64,000 nt of DNA from assembly GCA_037189525.1 (NCBI GenBank), contig JBBCJC010000005.1, positions 704,001-768,000 on the forward strand. The letters run 5' to 3'. Below, in pieces: positions 61,370-64,000 of the stretch. The stretch comes from Gemmatimonadales bacterium (GTDB lineage Bacteria; Gemmatimonadota; Gemmatimonadetes; Gemmatimonadales; GWC2-71-9). The notes below the pieces were generated by a model. The model had not been told where the DNA came from. It did not search any database and worked only from the letters and a program-made list of their open reading frames with translations. The first letter of the stretch is position 1. Every line of letters starts with the position of its first letter. A program made the translations under genes and the position numbers.

Positions 61370-61525
61370 TGGGAGATGCCCCGAGGGAACCGTGAGACTC
61401 GATGGAGGGAACCCTGAAAATCTAGCCGAGCCGGGCGACCGATCGGAAGGTTATGACACGTCGGAGAATGGTGCGGAGGCGTGGGCCGGACATCGACTAC
61501 CGATGCCCGACCCGGGTGTGGCTGG

Positions 61526-62767
61526 TCAGTTCGGCGCGTGCGCGTGCCCGACTCCGTAGTCGCGGCTCGACCCGATACTCGGCCCGGAGAGGTCGAGACC
61601 AGTGTTGTTGATCCGCGCGATATACTGGCGGATGGCTCCGGGAAACGGCTCGGTCTTGGCGCCGCGCCCGAACGGGTCCGTGTACCAGCTGGTCGGCCCG
61701 TCGGCGTTGTTGATGTCGAGCGAGTTGAGGTCGACGAAGCGACGTACCCCATTGAACGGCGACCGGGGGTCGTCAAACGTGATCCCGGTAACCGCGCCGT
61801 TCTGCGTCGCGGATGCGCAGGGAGCGCCACGCGCCCGGCGGCCATCGCTCAACGTCAGGTAGCACAGATCGATGGGACGGCCGGTAAAATTCGGCGCGTC
61901 GGGATCATAGAATCGGCTCGGCGAGGTGACCTGGAAGTACGGGTCCATGTGCGCGAGCGTCTTTCCTTCCGGCGTCTTGATGGTCAGTGACTGCTCCCAG
62001 CTTTCATGCATGGCATCCTTGAGACGAGACTGGGCGCCATCGCCGACCAGGAGATGCCGCTCCGCGCAGGTCCGATCCGGCAGAATCCGCTGTCCGCCTC
62101 CGCTCGGCGAGTTGGCGGGCGTTGCCGTGCCGACCTGGATCCGGGCGCGATCGCAGTTGCGGATGAACTCGCCTGGCCGCCCGATCGCCGCCATCATGGT
62201 GACGCGAAGTTCGGTCCCGTCGTTGCATTTGGCGTAGTAGATCACCTCATGCAGGTTGTTGGTGAACGCGTCGCGCGAATGGGTTCCCTGGTGCAGTTTG
62301 TAGAGGATGTCGCAGCGCACGGAAATGACACTGCCGCTCGCGTTGGCCACCCGCATCTGCACGTCATTCTCCCATTCGACCTTGTGGCCGACATGGTCTT
62401 CATGCCGTTTACCGCTCGGATCCCAGATGTCCAATTGCTCATTGGCATAGCCGAACGCCAGCGGACCATTCGCTTGCGCGAGGCGAGAGCCCGCCGGGTC
62501 CCGCCCATGCTCGTGGCCGAAGCTGCAGCCCGTGGCCGGATCGACCGGCGGATGCCAGGTGGGATACGATTTCCCATCCGGACCAACCGTCGAGTACTGC
62601 TGATGGACCGAGACTGGACAGGTATCCGTCGGCCCGGGACGCCACGCACCGAATGCCACACTCGGCGGCGCCGACGCCGGATCGAGACCGGCAAGCGAAT
62701 CACCACCACAGCCGGCAACGGCAACGAGGCCGGCAACCGCCACGATCTGCCCGAACCGATTCGTCAT
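61526..62767 (-). CDS. Hypothetical His-rich lipoprotein
   Basis: Lipobox VAGC; motifs WHPP, GHEHG, HEDHVGHK, HQGTH, NLHE. Alternative TTG start 62788 overlapping the upstream stop. Confidence 0.75.
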   Translation of the reverse strand: MTNRFGQIVAVAGLVAVAGCGGDSLAGLDPASAPPSVAFGAWRPGPTDTCPVSVHQQYSTVGPDGKSYPTWHPPVDPATGCSFGHEHGRDPAGSRLAQANGPLAFGYANEQLDIWDPSGKRHEDHVGHKVEWENDVQMRVANASGSVISVRCDILYKLHQGTHSRDAFTNNLHEVIYYAKCNDGTELRVTMMAAIGRPGEFIRNCDRARIQVGTATPANSPSGGGQRILPDRTCAERHLLVGDGAQSRLKDAMHESWEQSLTIKTPEGKTLAHMDPYFQVTSPSRFYDPDAPNFTGRPIDLCYLTLSDGRRARGAPCASATQNGAVTGITFDDPRSPFNGVRRFVDLNSLDINNADGPTSWYTDPFGRGAKTEPFPGAIRQYIARINNTGLDLSGPSIGSSRDYGVGHAHAPN

Positions 62768-62784
62768 ATCCGCTACTTTCGCAA

Positions 62785-63429
62785 TCAATGCCAGGTCAGG
62801 CCGATGCCGGCCTGCGCCAGAAGGACGTTGGCCCCGTTGGCCAGCTTGTTTCGCTGATACTGTGTCCCGTTGTCACGCGTGGTGGAGAGCGTGCCCTGAG
62901 ACGATGCCATCAGATTGAGGAACGGCACGATGGACATGGTCGGATTGACCCGCACTTCGTACCCGCCGCCCAGGTGCGCCGACAGACCACCGCCCAAAAG
63001 ACCGATCTGCACGGTTGAGGAACTGTTCTCGAGAGCCCAGCGCCGATAGCGCGTGAATCCCAGTCCCGCTTTGAGGAAGTAGCCGTGCTCAGGACTGGGG
63101 TACCAATAGCCGTTGGCGGCAAGCGACCAGACGCGCTGGCTGCCGCTTTCGTCGCTCCGGGTCCATGCATTCGCTTCCGCACCGACCAGCAGCTTCGGAT
63201 TCAGGGTGATACCACCACGAACGTATCCCGAGATGCCGCGGCTTCCCTGCTCGCCCTCGCAGATCCGGCAATGGAGGGTTGAGGCGCCCCCTCCAACCCC
63301 GACGCCAAGCCAGGTGCCCTGCCGTGACGACGCCGGCCCCGCCCCTGACGACCCCCCAACCTGCGCAACGAGCGTCGACGTCACGAGCCCGAGCCAGGCC
63401 GTTACGAGTACGACTCTTCCGAGTAGCAT
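62785..63429 (-). CDS. Small outer-membrane beta-barrel protein
   Basis: Signal peptide, alternating Gly/hydrophobic strands, C-terminal AGIGLTWH; GGGGAG RBS before ATG 63429. Confidence 0.75.
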   Translation of the reverse strand: MLLGRVVLVTAWLGLVTSTLVAQVGGSSGAGPASSRQGTWLGVGVGGGASTLHCRICEGEQGSRGISGYVRGGITLNPKLLVGAEANAWTRSDESGSQRVWSLAANGYWYPSPEHGYFLKAGLGFTRYRRWALENSSSTVQIGLLGGGLSAHLGGGYEVRVNPTMSIVPFLNLMASSQGTLSTTRDNGTQYQRNKLANGANVLLAQAGIGLTWH

Positions 63430-63692
63430 ACCGTCTCCCCGATCAGTGAAGGCGGCTTCCCCCCGCCGGAGCCCGGCGCTCGCCGTGTCCCAATCACTGA
63501 TGCAGGCAGCTAACATGCCGCCTCAGATCATCGTCGTTCGCACGAGAATGACCGACTCTCGTTCCCTCGAGGTGCAACGGCTGGCATGAGAAGCCCGATT
63601 CAGCGGCGGGGAAACACCGATCCGGTAGGAGGAATGAAAGAGTTGGCATTGCGCTTCGCGGCAACCGGTCCGAGCACCATACGCCGAAACGA

Positions 63693-63725
63693 AACGGCCT
63701 CCCCGGAGAGTCCGGAGAGGCCGTT
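63693..63725 (-). terminator. Probable terminator of the MFS gene
   Basis: 15-bp stem (one wobble) AACGGCCTCCCCGGA-gag-TCCGGAGAGGCCGTT, followed by TCGTTTC on the minus strand. Confidence 0.7.
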
Positions 63726-63747
63726 CAGCTGCGAATCCGAGGGTCGA

Positions 63748-64000
63748 TCAGACGTCTTCGATGAAATCGAGATCCTTACCGAAGGTTTCCTGCAGCCCGG
63801 CCAACGCCACGAAAGCCATGATCAGCACGACAACGCCCACCGCAATGCCGCCTCCGACGACCCCGAGCCCCGCGCCGTCGCGGAAGAGCATGAAGGTCCA
63901 GGTCATCGGCACCACGGCGCCGCGAACGAAGTTGGGCGCGCTGGTCGTGGCGGTCGCCCGAAGGTTGGTGCCGAACTGCTCGGCCGCCATGGTGATGAAG
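63748..64000 (-). CDS. MFS transporter, C-terminal fragment (runs off the window edge)
   Basis: AEQFGTNLRATA...NFVRG, TM helices, ETFGKDLDFIE tail. Confidence 0.85.
   Translation of the reverse strand, partial: FITMAAEQFGTNLRATATTSAPNFVRGAVVPMTWTFMLFRDGAGLGVVGGGIAVGVVVLIMAFVALAGLQETFGKDLDFIEDV

Overview
High-GC bacterial chromosomal window. The SusC/SusD pair, RCC1-repeat protein and many secreted serine hydrolases suggest Gemmatimonadota (inference, not proven). The flanks carry host metabolism and regulation: hybrid histidine kinase, ECF sigma/anti-sigma, icd, YceI, two sulfurtransferases plus SufE, DUF1015-serC, actP, aceB/aceA with an XRE regulator, and many peptide/amide hydrolases. The main feature is a lower-GC island of about 11 kb (about 21.4-32.4 kb) encoding an apparently complete class I lanthipeptide cluster. 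It has a split LanB, a divergent LanC with a ~220-aa C-terminal extension, an ABC exporter without a C39 domain, HlyD and a minimal S8 protease. Its 113-aa precursor has a pinensin-type leader and an unusually long putative core (86 aa, 16 Cys, 25 Ser/Thr). Secondary observations include a shared TTGTATMC-N4-TTGT motif in three promoters near a GntR gene, a probable ATT start codon on the DUF1015 gene, and a class A beta-lactamase homolog lacking Glu166. All calls come from motif reading by eye; no database searches were run. No tRNA, rRNA, CRISPR array, integrase or transposase was recognised.
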